Shown here: positions 1-11,900 of the stretch, piece after piece | How positions within the stretch are numbered: position 1 is the stretch's first letter | How the letters are laid out: each line of letters opens with the position of its first letter | Source: Glycera tridactyla | Lineage: Eukaryota | Length of the DNA: 64,000 nt | Direction of reading: 5' to 3' | Assembly (NCBI GenBank): GCA_965644265.1 | Contig: OZ286468.1 | Coordinates: 96,658,001-96,722,000, forward strand | Notes under the pieces: model-generated | What the model saw: the letters and a program-made list of their open reading frames with translations, nothing else | Database searches by the model: none | Told to the model about the DNA's origin: nothing | Program-made: the position numbers and the translations under genes

Positions 1-3000
1 GGCCTGGAAATAGGCTACTCCCACATAAGGCAAACTACCCATATAAGACCCTGACTGGGTGTCCTTATGTGGGAGTTGGTCGATCACAGGCAAACCATGC
101 AATGCACAGAGTTGCTGAGCATACAGCATTCATCAGGGTGACCTGGGTGACCTGGTGGGTTGGTTGGTAGGTCTAAAAGTTGAGTGTCTGGCCGGGAAAT
201 GGGCTACTCCCACATAAGGCCAACTACCCATATAAGACCCTGACTGGGTGTCCTTATGTGGGAGTTGGTCAATCACAGCCAAACCAAGTGATGCAAGGGG
301 GTCTTGAGCATACAGCATTCATCAGAGTGACCCAAAAGACCTGTTAGGTTGGTTGGTAGGGCTAGAATCTGAGTGTCTGGCCGGGAAATAGGCTACTCCT
401 ACATAAGGTCGACTACCCGTATAAGACCCTGACTGCTGTCCTTATGTGGGAGTTGGTCAATTACAGGCAAACCGTGTGATGCACAGAGATGCTGAGCATA
501 CAGCATTCATCAGAGTGACCTGGGTGACCTGTTGGGTTGGTTGGTAGGGCTAGAAGTTGAGTGTCTGGCCTGGAAATAGGCTACTCCCACATAAGGCCAA
601 CTACCCATATAAGACCCTGACTGGGTGTCCTTATGTGGGAGTTGGTCGATCACAGGCAAACCATGCAATGCACAGAGTTGCTGAGCATACAGCATTCATC
701 AGGGTGACCTGGGTGACCTGGTGGGTTGGTTGGTAGGTCTAAAAGTTGAGTGTCTGGCCGGGAAATGGGCTACTCCCACATAAGGCCAACTACCCATATA
801 AGACCCTGACTGGGTGTCCTTATGTGGGAGTTGGTCAATCACAGCCAAACCAAGTGATGCAAGGGGGTCTTGAGCATACAGCATTCATCAGAGTGACCCA
901 AAAGACCTGTTAGGTTGGTTGGTAGGGCTAGAATCTGAGTGTCTGGCCGGGAAATAGGCTACTCCTACATAAGGTCGACTACCCGTATAAGACCCTGACT
1001 GCTGTCCTTATGTGGGAGTTGGTCAATTACAGGCAAACTGTGTGATGCACAGAGATGCTGAGCATACAGCATTCATCAGAGTGACCTGGGTGACCTGGTG
1101 GGTTGGTTGGTAGGGCTAGAAGTTGAGTGTCTGGCCTGGAAATAGGCTACTCCCACATAAGGCCAACTACCCATATAAGACCCTGACTGGGTGTCCTTAT
1201 GTGGGAGTTGGTCGATCACAGGCAAACCATGCAATGCACAGAGTTGCTGAGCATACAGCATTCATCAGGGTGACCTGGGTGACCTGGTGGGTTGGTTGGT
1301 AGGTCTAAAAGTTGAGTGTCTGGCCGGGAAATGGGCTACTCCCACATAAGGCCAACTACCCATATAAGACCCTGACTGGGTGTCCTTATGTGGGAGTTGG
1401 TCAATCACAGCCAAACCAAGTGATGCAAGGGGGTCTTGAGCATACAGCATTCATCAGAGTGACCCAAAAGACCTGTTAGGTTGGTTGGTAGGGCTAGAAT
1501 CTGAGTGTCTGGCCGGGAAATAGGCTACTCCTACATAAGGTCGACTACCCGTATAAGACCCTGACTGCTGTCCTTATGTGGGAGTTGGTCAATTACAGGC
1601 AAACCGTGTGATGCACAGAGATGCTGAGCATACAGCATTCATCAGAGTGACCTGGATGACCTGGTGGGTTGGTTGGTAGGGCTAGAAGTTGAGTGTCTGG
1701 CCTGGAAATAGGCTACTCCCACATAAGGCCAACTACCCATATAAGACCCTGACTGGGTGTCCTTATGTGGGAGTTGGTCGATCACAGGCAAACCATGCAA
1801 TGCACAGAGTTGCTGAGCATACAGCATTCATCAGAGTGACCTGGGTGACCTGGTGGGTTGGTTGGTAGGTCTAAAAGTTGAGTGTCTGGCCGGGAAATGG
1901 GCTACTCCCACATAAGGCCAACTACCCATATAAGACCCTGACTGGGTGTCCTTATGTGGGAGTTGGTCAATCACAGCCAAACCAAGTGATGCAAGGGGGT
2001 CTTGAGCATACAGCATTCATCAGTGTGACCCAAAAGACCTGTTAGGTTGGTTGGTAGGGCTAGAATCTGAGTGTCTGGCCGGGAAATAGGCTACTCCTAC
2101 ATAAGGTCGACTACCCGTATAAGACCCTGACTGCTGTCCTTATGTGGGAGTTGGTCAATTACAGGCAAACCGTGTGATGCACAGAGATGCTGAGCATACA
2201 GCATTCATCAGAGTGACCTGGGTGACCTGGTGGGTTGGTTGGTAGGGCTAGAAATTGAGTGTCTGGCCTGGAAATAGGCTACTCCCACATAAGGCCAACT
2301 ACCCATATAAGACACTGACTGGGTGTCCTTATGTGGGAGTTGGTTGATCACAGGCAAACCATGCAATGCACAGAGTTGCTGAGCATACAGCATTCATCAG
2401 GGTGACCTGGGTGACCTGGTGGGTTGGTTGGTAGGTCTAAAGGTTGAGTGTCTGGCCGGGAAATGGGCTACTCCCACATAAGGCCAACTACTGATATAAG
2501 ACCCTGACTGGGTGTCCTTATGTGGGAGTTGGTCAATCACAGCCAAACCAAGTGATGCAAGGGGGTCTTGAGCATACAGCATTCATCAGAGTGACCCAAA
2601 AGACCTGTTAGGTTGGTTGGTAGGGCTAGAATCTGAGTGTCTGGCCGGGAAATAGGCTACTCCTACATAAGGTCGACTACCCGTATAAGACCCTGACAGC
2701 TGTCCTTATGTGGGAGTTGGTCAATTACAGGCAAACCGTGTGATGCACAGAGATGCTGAGCATACAGCATTCATCAGAGTGACCTGGGTGACCTGGTGGG
2801 TTGGTTGGTAGGGCTAGAAGTTGAGTGTCTGGCCTGGAAATAGGCTACTCCCACATAAGGCCAACTACCCATATAAGACCCTGACTGGGTGTCCTTATGT
2901 GGGAGTTGGTCGATCACAGGCAAACCATGCAATGCACAGAGTTGCTGAGCATACAGCATTCATCAGGGTGACCTGGGTGACCTGGTGGGTTGGTTGGTAG

Positions 3001-4583
3001 GTCTAAAAGTTGAGTGTCTGGCCGGGAAATGGGCTACTCCCACATAAGGCCAACTACCCATATAAGACCCTGACTGGGTGTCCTTATGTGGGAGTTGGTC
3101 AATCACAGCCAAACCAAGTGATGCAAGGGGGTCTTGAGCATACAGCATTCATCAGTGTGACCCAAAAGACCTGTTAGGTTGGTTGGTAGGGCTAGAATCT
3201 GAGTGTCTGGCCGGGAAATAGGCTACTCCTACATAAGGTCGACTACCCGTATAAGACCCTGACTGCTGTCCTTATGTGGGAGTTGGTCAATTACAGGCAA
3301 ACCGTGTGATGCACAGAGATGCTGAGCATACAGCATTCATCAGAGTGACCTGGGTGACCTGGTGGGTTGGTTGGTAGGGCTAGAAGTTGAGTGTCTGGCC
3401 TGGAAATAGGCTACTCCCACATAAGGCCAACTACCCATATAAGACCCTGACTGGGTGTCCTTATGTGGGAGTTGGTCGATCACAGGCAAACCATGCAATG
3501 CACAGAGTTGCTGAGCATACAGCATTCATCAGGGAGACCTGGGTGACCTGGTGGGTTGGTTGGTAGGTCTAAAAGTTGAGTGTCTGGCCGGGAAATGGGC
3601 TACTCCCACATAAGGCCAACTACCCATATAAGACCCTGACTGGGTGTCCTTATGTGGGAGTTGGTCAATCACAGCCAAACCAAGTGATGCAAGGGGGTCT
3701 TGAGCATACAGCATTCATCAGAGTGACCCAAAAGACCTGTTAGGTTGGTTGGTAGGGCTAGAATCTGAGTGTCTAGCCGGGAAATAGGCTACTCCTACAT
3801 AAGGTCGACTACCCGTATAAGACCCTGACTGCTGTCCTTATGTGGGAGTTGGTCAATTACAGGCAAACCGTGTGATGCACAGAGATGCTGAGCATACAGC
3901 ATTCATCAGAGTGACCTGGGTGACCTGGTGGGTTGGTTGGTAGGGCTAGAAGTTGAGTGTCTGGCCTGGAAATAGGCTACTCCCACATAAGGCCAACTAC
4001 CCATATAAGACCCTGACTGGGTGTCCTTATGTGGGAGTTGGTCGATCACAGGCAAACCATGCAATGCACAGAGTTGCTGAGCATACAGCATTCATCAGGG
4101 AGACCTGGGTGACCTGGTGGGTTGGTTGGTAGGTCTAAAAGATGAGTGTCTGGCCGGGAAATGGGCTACTCCCACATAAGGCCAACTACCCATATAAGAC
4201 CCTGACTGGGTGTCCTTATGTGGGAGTTGGTCAATCACAGCCAAACCAAGTGATGCAAGGGGGTCTTGAGCATACAGCATTCATCAGAGTGACCCAAAAG
4301 ACCTGTTAGGTTGGTTGGTAGGGCTAGAATCTGAGTGTCTAGCCGGGAAATAGGCTACTCCTACATAAGGTCGACTACCCGTATAAGACCCTGACTGCTG
4401 TCCTTATGTGGGAGTTGGTCAATTACAGGCAAACCGTGTGATGCACAGAGATGCTGAGCATACAGCATTCATCAGAGTGACCTGGGTGACCTGGTGGGTT
4501 GGTTGGTAGGGCTAGAAGTTGAGTGTCTGGCCTGGAAATAGGCTACTCCCACATAAGGCCAACTACCCATATAAGACCCTGAC
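1..4583. repeat. Higher-order satellite array: ~189-bp monomers in three variants forming a 566-bp trimer, ~8 trimers in the window; continues upstream
   Basis: Identical landmarks recur every 566 bp (133, 699, 1265, 1831, 2397, 2963, 3529, 4095). The three monomers differ diagnostically: CAGGCAAACCATGCAATGCACAGAGTTG, CAGCCAAACCAAGTGATGCAAGGGGGTC and CAGGCAAACCGTGTGATGCACAGAGATG. Each carries an inverted repeat CTCCCACATAAGG...CCTTATGTGGGAG (CTCCTACATAAGG in one variant). Confidence 0.97.
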
Positions 4584-4742
4584 AGTCAAGGTCTTATATG
4601 GGTAGCGATGCTAATGTGGGGAGCGCTTCCAGATAAGAATTACTACCAACATAAGACCCTGACTGTCAGGGTCTTATGTGGGTAGTGGCCTTATGTGGGC
4701 AGCGCTTCCAGTTAAGGTTTACTACCCACATAAGACCCTGAC
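4563..4742. repeat. Palindromic terminus of the satellite: ~80-bp units of head-to-head 21-bp arms
   Basis: CTACCCATATAAGACCCTGAC-A-GTCAAGGTCTTATATGGGTAG at 4563-4605 (20/21 paired). A second palindrome lies at 4643-4685 (20/21 paired). A third arm at 4722-4742 is followed by unique sequence. Confidence 0.9.
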
Positions 4743-5934
4743 ATATGTCGTAAACATATGCAATAAACAGTTTTGAATCATGAATCATACCATGTGCTAA
4801 ATTACCCAGCTTTCGAGGAGCCAACGTGGCATTCTCCCTTCTATGAGTGATGGTCAAGATCATTAGTGTTGAGTTTGATCACTGATGCCTCTCAAAATCC
4901 GAGGCCCATAAAAGAAACAGTGGGGTGAATGAAACGAATGCAGATTCTCCATGATCTTGCCCGGTGTCATTGGTTTTCGTCCGAATAATGGTACCTCTAG
5001 AAGGAATCCCCACATATGGACTCTGACAATTCATCCACAGAAATAAGATGATGTATTCGCAGGAATTCTCATATATGGACAATCTATTTAGAGAGATAAG
5101 ATGAAGTATTCGCTGTGAAAGATGTGCATCATCTTTGAAATTCCGTCTCACCAGGAAGTGTGAGTCTGTATACCCAATCCGGCATTTATTCTTGATCCTG
5201 GCCTATCGTGTGTTTATCATACTTGTAGTTCATGTAATTATTGCATTGCACCATTTCCATCCTTGGAGATCACGTGGTAGCTTCTCTTTCTCATTGGCAT
5301 TGGCCCATTCGTCGTTCACAATCATACAAAGAAATATGCATCAAGGGATCACCTTTCTATTAGTGCAACACAATCATGAAAAGAGCGATTCAAACACTTT
5401 CGAATACATGCTTCACTTCTGTAATGGGAAAAATATCCTTCAGCAATGCTGCATAAGATTGCGTGTTGTGTGAGCAAAAGTATTGTCACTGACAATTAGA
5501 ATAATTGACAGTTTCATCATCATGAATGGCAGTGACACGGAATTCAGTTGATAGGCGCAGGTCCGACATTACTCCATTAATGTTTCGTGAATTCACATCC
5601 TCACTCTCTGAAAGTAACACTCATATTTCGACTCTCCACCACACTGCGCATTTCAGATGATTGATATTTCGAGTACAGTTATCTCAATGAGAGATATTTC
5701 AACATATCATGGTTGGAATGTGAAATTTCTTATGATCAGATTTTCAAGATCGGGATATGGTAGAATCCAGGCGACTGTGGAGCAATGAAAAGTTGTCTGT
5801 TCAGGTTTCTGTGTGAAGTGTGAGCCAAGAGTGGATATATATGTTGAAATATCTGGCATTCTTGTTAGTAGATGAATTTACACTTTCGTGATCATTTTTT
5901 TATAGCTAGTGGCAGATCAATTATGTACCCAGAC

Positions 5935-5973
5935 ACACTTACAAACACACTCGAACACACACACACACATATA

Positions 5974-6032
<59 letters not shown>

Positions 6033-6050
6033 ACTCACTCACACGCATAC
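5935..6050. repeat. (CA)n microsatellite
   Basis: Direct reading of the CA run. Confidence 0.95.
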
Positions 6051-6269
6051 AAAAATGAATAACCCACACGCACATGCAGTTAGAAGAGGATCCATGCTAG
6101 TCATTGCTACCATATGCTTGATCTAATGTCCATGAAATCGTATGAAATGAGAGAAACCTGGATTCGAAGGCTGATAGTGCCGACTTGTTGTGACTCATGA
6201 TTTCTAGATGGTTCGGGTCCTGGCAGCATCCGTAGAGGTGGGTCCCTGACTGGGATCTGTATATGGTTC

Positions 6270-6695
6270 ATGGGCATTCAAAGGCCAACCCAAAATCTAC
6301 CCATATCCAGAACTTAGATGATATGGGGGTCCTGGGCATTCAAAGGCCAACCCAAAATCCACCCATATCCAGAACTTAGATGATATGGGGGTCCTGGGCA
6401 TTCAAAGGCCAACCCAAAATCTACCCATATCCAGAACTTAGATGATATGGGGGTCCTGGGCATTCAAAGGCCAACCCAAAATCCACCCATATCCAGAACT
6501 TAGATGATATGGGGGTCCTGGGCATTCAAAGGCCAACCCAAAATCTACCCATATCCAGAACTTAGATGATATTGGGGTCCTGGGCATTCAAAGGTCAACC
6601 CAAAATGTACTCATATCCAGAACTTAGATGATATGGGGGTCCTGGGCATTCAAAGGCCAACCCAAAATCTACTCATATCCAGAACTTAGACGATA
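6270..6695. repeat. 62-bp minisatellite, ~7 copies
   Basis: GGGCATTCAAAGG recurs at 6272, 6334, 6396, 6458, 6520, 6582 and 6644. Each unit has a CCATATC...GATATGG inverted repeat. Confidence 0.95.
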
Positions 6696-6954
6696 GGCGA
6701 GCTGAGGACAACAGGCGTAGAATGTCCGAGGGAGAGACCACTGAGGCACTGAGGCTCAATCATTGATGGAAGTTCAGGCAACTCATGGAACAACACCTCA
6801 TTGCGAAGAAATATGCAGGCATGTTTTTTCATCGGTGCATATCATGCCAACACAAGCTCACTAATGAGCTGAAGAAAAACTCGGAGGTCCGGGGCATCAC
6901 TTATCATTGCTGTGTTCATATGTGCATCATCAATAATAATATAGCGAGACTATA

Positions 6955-7210
6955 TGGCCGTGAAGTAAAATCGCAATACCAAACAAGGTGTGAATTTCAC
7001 CGCATGTCACGAGGCTGAAGGCCGAGTGACATCTGGAGGAATTCACACCAAGTTTGGTATTGTGTTTTTACCCCACGGTCATATAGTCTTGCTTTCATCA
7101 CATGGATTAGGGGAGAAAACATCAAAAAAAATTCTCACTCAGCTGTGAAGTATCACACGCAATACCCAACACCTAATACTTCACTGAAAATGGCACATCC
7201 ATGTGATAAC
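6955..7210. mobile_element. Non-autonomous palindromic dispersed element, family A, copy 1
   Basis: Imperfect hairpin at 6967-7069 (CAATACCAAAC/GTTTGGTATTG, GGTGTGAATT/AATTCACACC, ATGTCAC/GTGACAT) around GAGGCTGAAGGCCGA. About 250 bp are shared with 34945-35200. Mobile status is inferred from dispersal. Confidence 0.7.
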
Positions 7211-7799
7211 ACTCACCAAGGACATTACTGCTCACTCAGTGAGAATATATAAAGGATGACCACTTTCGCATTGTTCATCTCTAGTGAAAATTGAAGTAGA
7301 TAGATTGACACCTACTGCCAACTATCAGACATTGCTTGATAGCTGATACAATAGCTGGATCAAAATCAATGATACGGATGATCACAGGTTCCCATACTGG
7401 TGAATCTTCGCTTTGTGACAATGTTGAAAATAACTGAGCGATGGTAATGATTTCTCATGCATTAGATCGAATACACTACACTGGCTGTGGTTCAAGCATA
7501 TGAGCTGTACTTCGATCTCAGAAAATCAAACCGATTATTCCTCTAGATTAACACAGATTTCTATCGTAGTGAAACAAACAGTAAGTATAAGTCAGCTCAC
7601 CGAAAGTACCAATTTGTGCCAATAAAGTGAAATAACCTGGTAAGAATTTAACGATGTCATCCTCTTTAGTAAGCTGTCTACATATGCATCAGATGAATGA
7701 TCCACCTGTAATTCGAACAGCACTAGTGATTTGAAGTCGTTTGTATACTATTAATCAGGGCTTGCTGTGTCGATCGACGTTATATCATGGCTCAACCAA

Positions 7800-9500
7800 T
7801 GCAAGTTCCATAGCCTCCAATGTGAGTTCTCCGCTGATAGGAAAGTAATAACCCTTGCTGTATGATACAATAAGTACTTGCCTTAACCCTTCATCCATAC
7901 ATCTTTCTTTCAGAATCAGGATGACGTCACGAGTTCATGGTAATCCCGATGATGTCACTAATGCCATATATCTCTCGAGAATTAGGCAATTATATCGGGC
8001 GCATTTTGCAACAAGCATCAGTGGACACTTCCCTCCATGTTTATTAAACGCACACTCTCCAGAATTCTAGTAGGATTACAACCTTGAAAAGTTGTCGAGG
8101 TTTATGTTTGAAAGAAAAAGGAGCCCCATCGAGACATTATTTGCCTCGATACTTAACCCCTTACTTTCAAGAAACAATTAGATCAGATGAATGTGGATAA
8201 CAAGATGTAGCATCCAATATGTACTCCATGGGGTCGAGCTTATATCAAGGATCACAAAAGGCAATTGGAATTAGATTAATGTGGATGCATGGTCCACTTT
8301 GCTCATTTAGCCAGCAGGGGTCGTCAGCGAATGGGTGATGGCAATTGTTCCGTTATTCACAGTCGATGCCATTAACGGGATGTTAGTAGAACGAAATACG
8401 ACACGCTTTGAGATGGCATTAGCTCAAAGTCACATTTACATGGTGGTGGTGCAATAATGGAACCTGCTTAATTCGAAAGTCACCATGACTAAAGTCTGTC
8501 AAGTTTAACGGGTACGTTTTTCCACCTCGCATCGCAAATTCGCATCGGATCGAAATGAAACTTGCTGTCGACAGATTTCGTTGACATCTTCGTGAACTAA
8601 ACATGTAGCTTACCTCGTATATTTCACCTCATTTTCAAAATACGTCGATTTCATGCAGGTTTCGAGGCAAATGCGGCGGCCGTATCTTTTCTGTTCCACA
8701 TACACAACCTCGCCAATAATGTAGGCTGGTTCGCCGGAAAAGAAAGAAATAAATGCGTATTTCTCCTGGAAACTGTCTGAAAGATTGCCAAAAATCTACA
8801 TACAGTAAAACCTGTCTATAGTGAGAAGTCAGGGGCCAGATATTTCTCTTCACTGCTGACAGGATGTCACTATATACATGTCAATTATAGTGACAAAAAC
8901 GTTCGGGCCAGATTATTCTTTTCACTGTAGACATGCTTTCACTGTGGACATGATTACACTACAGCAGGTTTTACTGTAATTCATTTTTGTCATCGTAAGT
9001 GAAATAGGATGAAGAATGGCGAATTCAGCGTGCAGCATACCCACCAGATTTGAAAATGACAGAGTAAACTGGCATTTACTCGATGTATCTTCGCCGAGGA
9101 GAGGCATGGCATGTACATTTCCTCATCAACAGATTCATTAGAAAATCATGATCTTAAGGTCTTTTAAGTCTATAACAATCATCCAAAGGTCTCAAACCTA
9201 GTCCTTAGTTGTTGAAAGGAATCTCAGATGTCTATTGTCTTGGGATACGTGAAGATTTTGTAAACTTTGTTCATTCCGTGAGTTCCGATTACACAAGTTC
9301 CATGGTCCCACAAAGTGATTTCCACATAGGATAAACTGCTTCAACTTGATTCTCCCCGATGTATCCACTAATGACTATTCACCAGCTGTCTGGCCATTCG
9401 GGAGTGGGAATTAGTGGATGCGATCAGTTTGCCAGTTACACCCGATGGAATATAAGATACCAGGCATTCATTCGGAAGTAGCTCAGTTGCCTCTCAAGCA
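7800..9500 (-). mobile_element. Heavily decayed non-LTR retrotransposon (LINE, RTE-like) reverse-transcriptase remnant
   Basis: Minus-strand translation across frameshifts gives RT-like motifs in the expected order: YVDF(W)QSF (cf. xDFxKAFD), IKQ-SIIAP (cf. GVKQGxxLxP) and HPFADDPCWL (cf. Y/FADD; + strand GTCGTCAGCGAATGGG near 8320). Boundaries are approximate. Confidence 0.55.
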
Positions 9501-10619
9501 GGTAATGCAGTTAACACACAGTCGGCTCCGAGACCTAAAGACCAGAATGGAATTAGGAGTTTTCATCCGCATATAGTTCTATATGGAAATATCATTGTTA
9601 TATCCCCATAGTAAAACAAGAGTGCCCACGGGCGCCGAGAGATCTCCGAAATANNNNNNNNNNNNNNNNNNNNNNNNNNNNNNNNNNNNNNNNNNNNNNN
9701 NNNNNNNNNNNNNNNNNNNNNNNNNNNNNNNNNNNNNNNNNNNNNNNNNNNNNNNNNNNNNNNNNNNNNNNNNNNNNNNNNNNNNNNNNNNNNNNNNNNN
9801 NNNNNNNNNNNNNNNNNNNNNNNNNNNNNNNNNNNNNNNNNNNNNNNNNNNNNNNNNNNNNNNNNNNNNNNNNNNNNGACGATGGCAGCGGCGGCGGCGA
9901 CAATGACTACGACAACGATGACGATGACGACGAGAGAGAGAGGGAGAGAGAGGGAGAGAGAGAGTCAGGTAGCGAAAGCCAGGTAGGTGTGCTGTCAAAT
10001 CCATTTGTTGAGACATGAGATTATTTATGTATCAAGTGATATTTGGCTGGATAAACTTCGAATGGCGAAGCTTCAGGCCGTTTGCCCTCCTTCAGGAATC
10101 TTGGTCAGCGGTCCTCCCGGTGCGAGTCATTAGCAAGCCACCCGTAGATTTGTCTTATTCCGTTATGGCCATAATCCATCACGAACTGAAGGGTTCGCAA
10201 AAAGTTCGTCGAATTGCATCATCCCTGATTGGCGTGTTTTACACACGCTATCTACAACCCCATTCATGAATCGGCGCAGTGATTCATGAAACCTGGTAAT
10301 GAGATGCAAAGAAGAAGCACTACTTTACTCCCCAACTATCATATCAAGCAAAACACAGATTTTTCAAGGTTTATACATGGAGGTAAGAAAAATGGATGTC
10401 GAGGAATCGAGAGACAGACGGACAGTGCTACTTGTTGATCTCCTCAGTCACGTGACACGATTCGGCGAAAGTAGTCCCGGCTCCGAACGTGATAAACATG
10501 TCAACATAGAAGTGGGCGTGTCCAAAGATGTTGATTGACAGGTATTTACTATTTGTGCGCAGCTATACATCTCTGATTGGTCGTATCTGTGTGATTTGGT
10601 ATTCGGCAACAAAAACGAG

Positions 10620-10715
10620 TATAAGGAGAAATGCCTATGACATAATCGCTACATTTCCTCAAATTGTCGTTCATCAGATCAATATATCATGTTAAAATTG
10701 TGTCAGATTACATAA
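10620..10715. repeat. Short dispersed repeat shared with ~13795-13870
   Basis: CATAATCGCTACATTT...CATGTTAAAATTGTGT(C/T)AGATTACAT is present at both sites. Confidence 0.75.
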
Positions 10716-11225
10716 ATTGTGCCTTCACACAGATTAGACCAAAACTCCGTTGATAATAAACAGTTTCAAGTGTCAGAATCGGCGCAGTTAGAAGGCATTT
10801 CGAGCAGAGCTATATTTCATGCCTTGGTGACCCAGATCATGGTTGCCATGTCAACCACGAAAGAAGCAGATTGCACTGAGAAAGAAACACCCGTCACTAG
10901 CGCAACCTAGCTAATCATGGTATATGAATTGAAACCTTTTCACTCAGAAATGATCATTTACTGAATATCCCAATATGAACATCTTCGGGTATCATGTACA
11001 ATCCTGGGGGAGTCGCTATTCGGACATGAAGATTCGAGCAAGTTTGAACTAATTTCGCCATCCAAGGAGGAATATCTTTCGAAGAAGGTCACAAAATCAA
11101 AATGCCCCTGGTAGCGGACAAGAAGGTCTGTGTATATCTCCTTCACTGATTGGAAATGATTTACCCGATACGTGTAATATGGGCAGTGCCGGAGCCAATT
11201 GGCAGAATGGGGTTAGAAGATACCA

Positions 11226-11239
11226 GTTGCCATGGCAAC
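11226..11239. promoter_or_regulatory. Perfect RFX X-box palindrome GTTGCCATGGCAAC (function unverified)
   Basis: Exact match to the canonical X-box. A second exact copy lies at 61092-61105. Near matches at 10842-10855, 48730-48743 and 54506-54519. Confidence 0.35.
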
Positions 11240-11599
11240 CATAATCACAGCGACTATGACATGATGATATTTTCAGGAAGCTGGACATCCTTCTCAGCAA
11301 TCTATCTCGTACGACAGTGGGCGCTTCATGCTGCAATTCCGTGAAACCTAATGTTATACAAGCAAATTCAAAAGGCTTTCAAAATTCCACAACTGCATCA
11401 ATGGCTAGAGCGGTCGACGTATTGGGTAACTGCGACACATGATGAAAATATGGTGCCGGATACAATGAGACCTGAGATGAAATCTACCATTGAAAATTAG
11501 TCCTTTGAACAATTCTGTTCAGGTGGATTAATTCTTCGCGGAGAATGGCATGCTACTAAATATGATTCATGTTCTTGATTGAATTTCCATGCAGAATAT

Positions 11600-11900
11600 G
11601 GGATTAGCTGTTTGTAATGAGGTATGTATTGCATGTCGGAATGTGCTTCGAAAGCCTGTGATTGATGCAAAGCTGGGAAATAATGCAAGACATTGTTCAT
11701 GAATTGATGGTGGCATCCGAAGAATATAACCATAACAAAGAGCCTGTCCAATCATAGTTACTATCCCCGCACGCCTTCCTGCTGCCTCCCTTATGTTCTT
11801 CGAGTCAACTCCTTCTGAATAATACAACAATACAACAATACAAGAACAATCCAATACCAGAATATCATGCATATTGGCATGGTTCCTAGGGGTCTCGCGC
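11600..11900 (-). mobile_element. Possible decayed RTE-like LINE C-terminal fragment
   Basis: Minus-strand peptide SKNIREAAG...IVTMIGQALCYGYILRMP resembles the RTE NxxIRExxG...RLxWYGHxxRM region. Confidence 0.35.

Noticed and set aside
133-4280. Repeated 61-aa minus-strand ORFs (MLYAQ...)
   Set aside because: Translations of satellite monomers. The third monomer type lacks the ORF and no protein motif is evident.
100-4480. Hammerhead ribozyme in the satellite: the minus strand has CTGATGA followed by an ATGCTG/CAGCAT hairpin in one monomer type
   Set aside because: The required GAAA after stem II is absent (CTCT or ACTC follows), and no GAAA occurs on that strand of the monomer.
1-4742. CRISPR-like array
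   Set aside because: There are no unique spacers, units are directly tandem, the context is eukaryotic and no cas genes are present.
4750-5480. ORFs 4879-5151 and 5135-5473, and possible decayed coding sequence on the minus strand
   Set aside because: Many stops in all frames and no motif I can assign with confidence.
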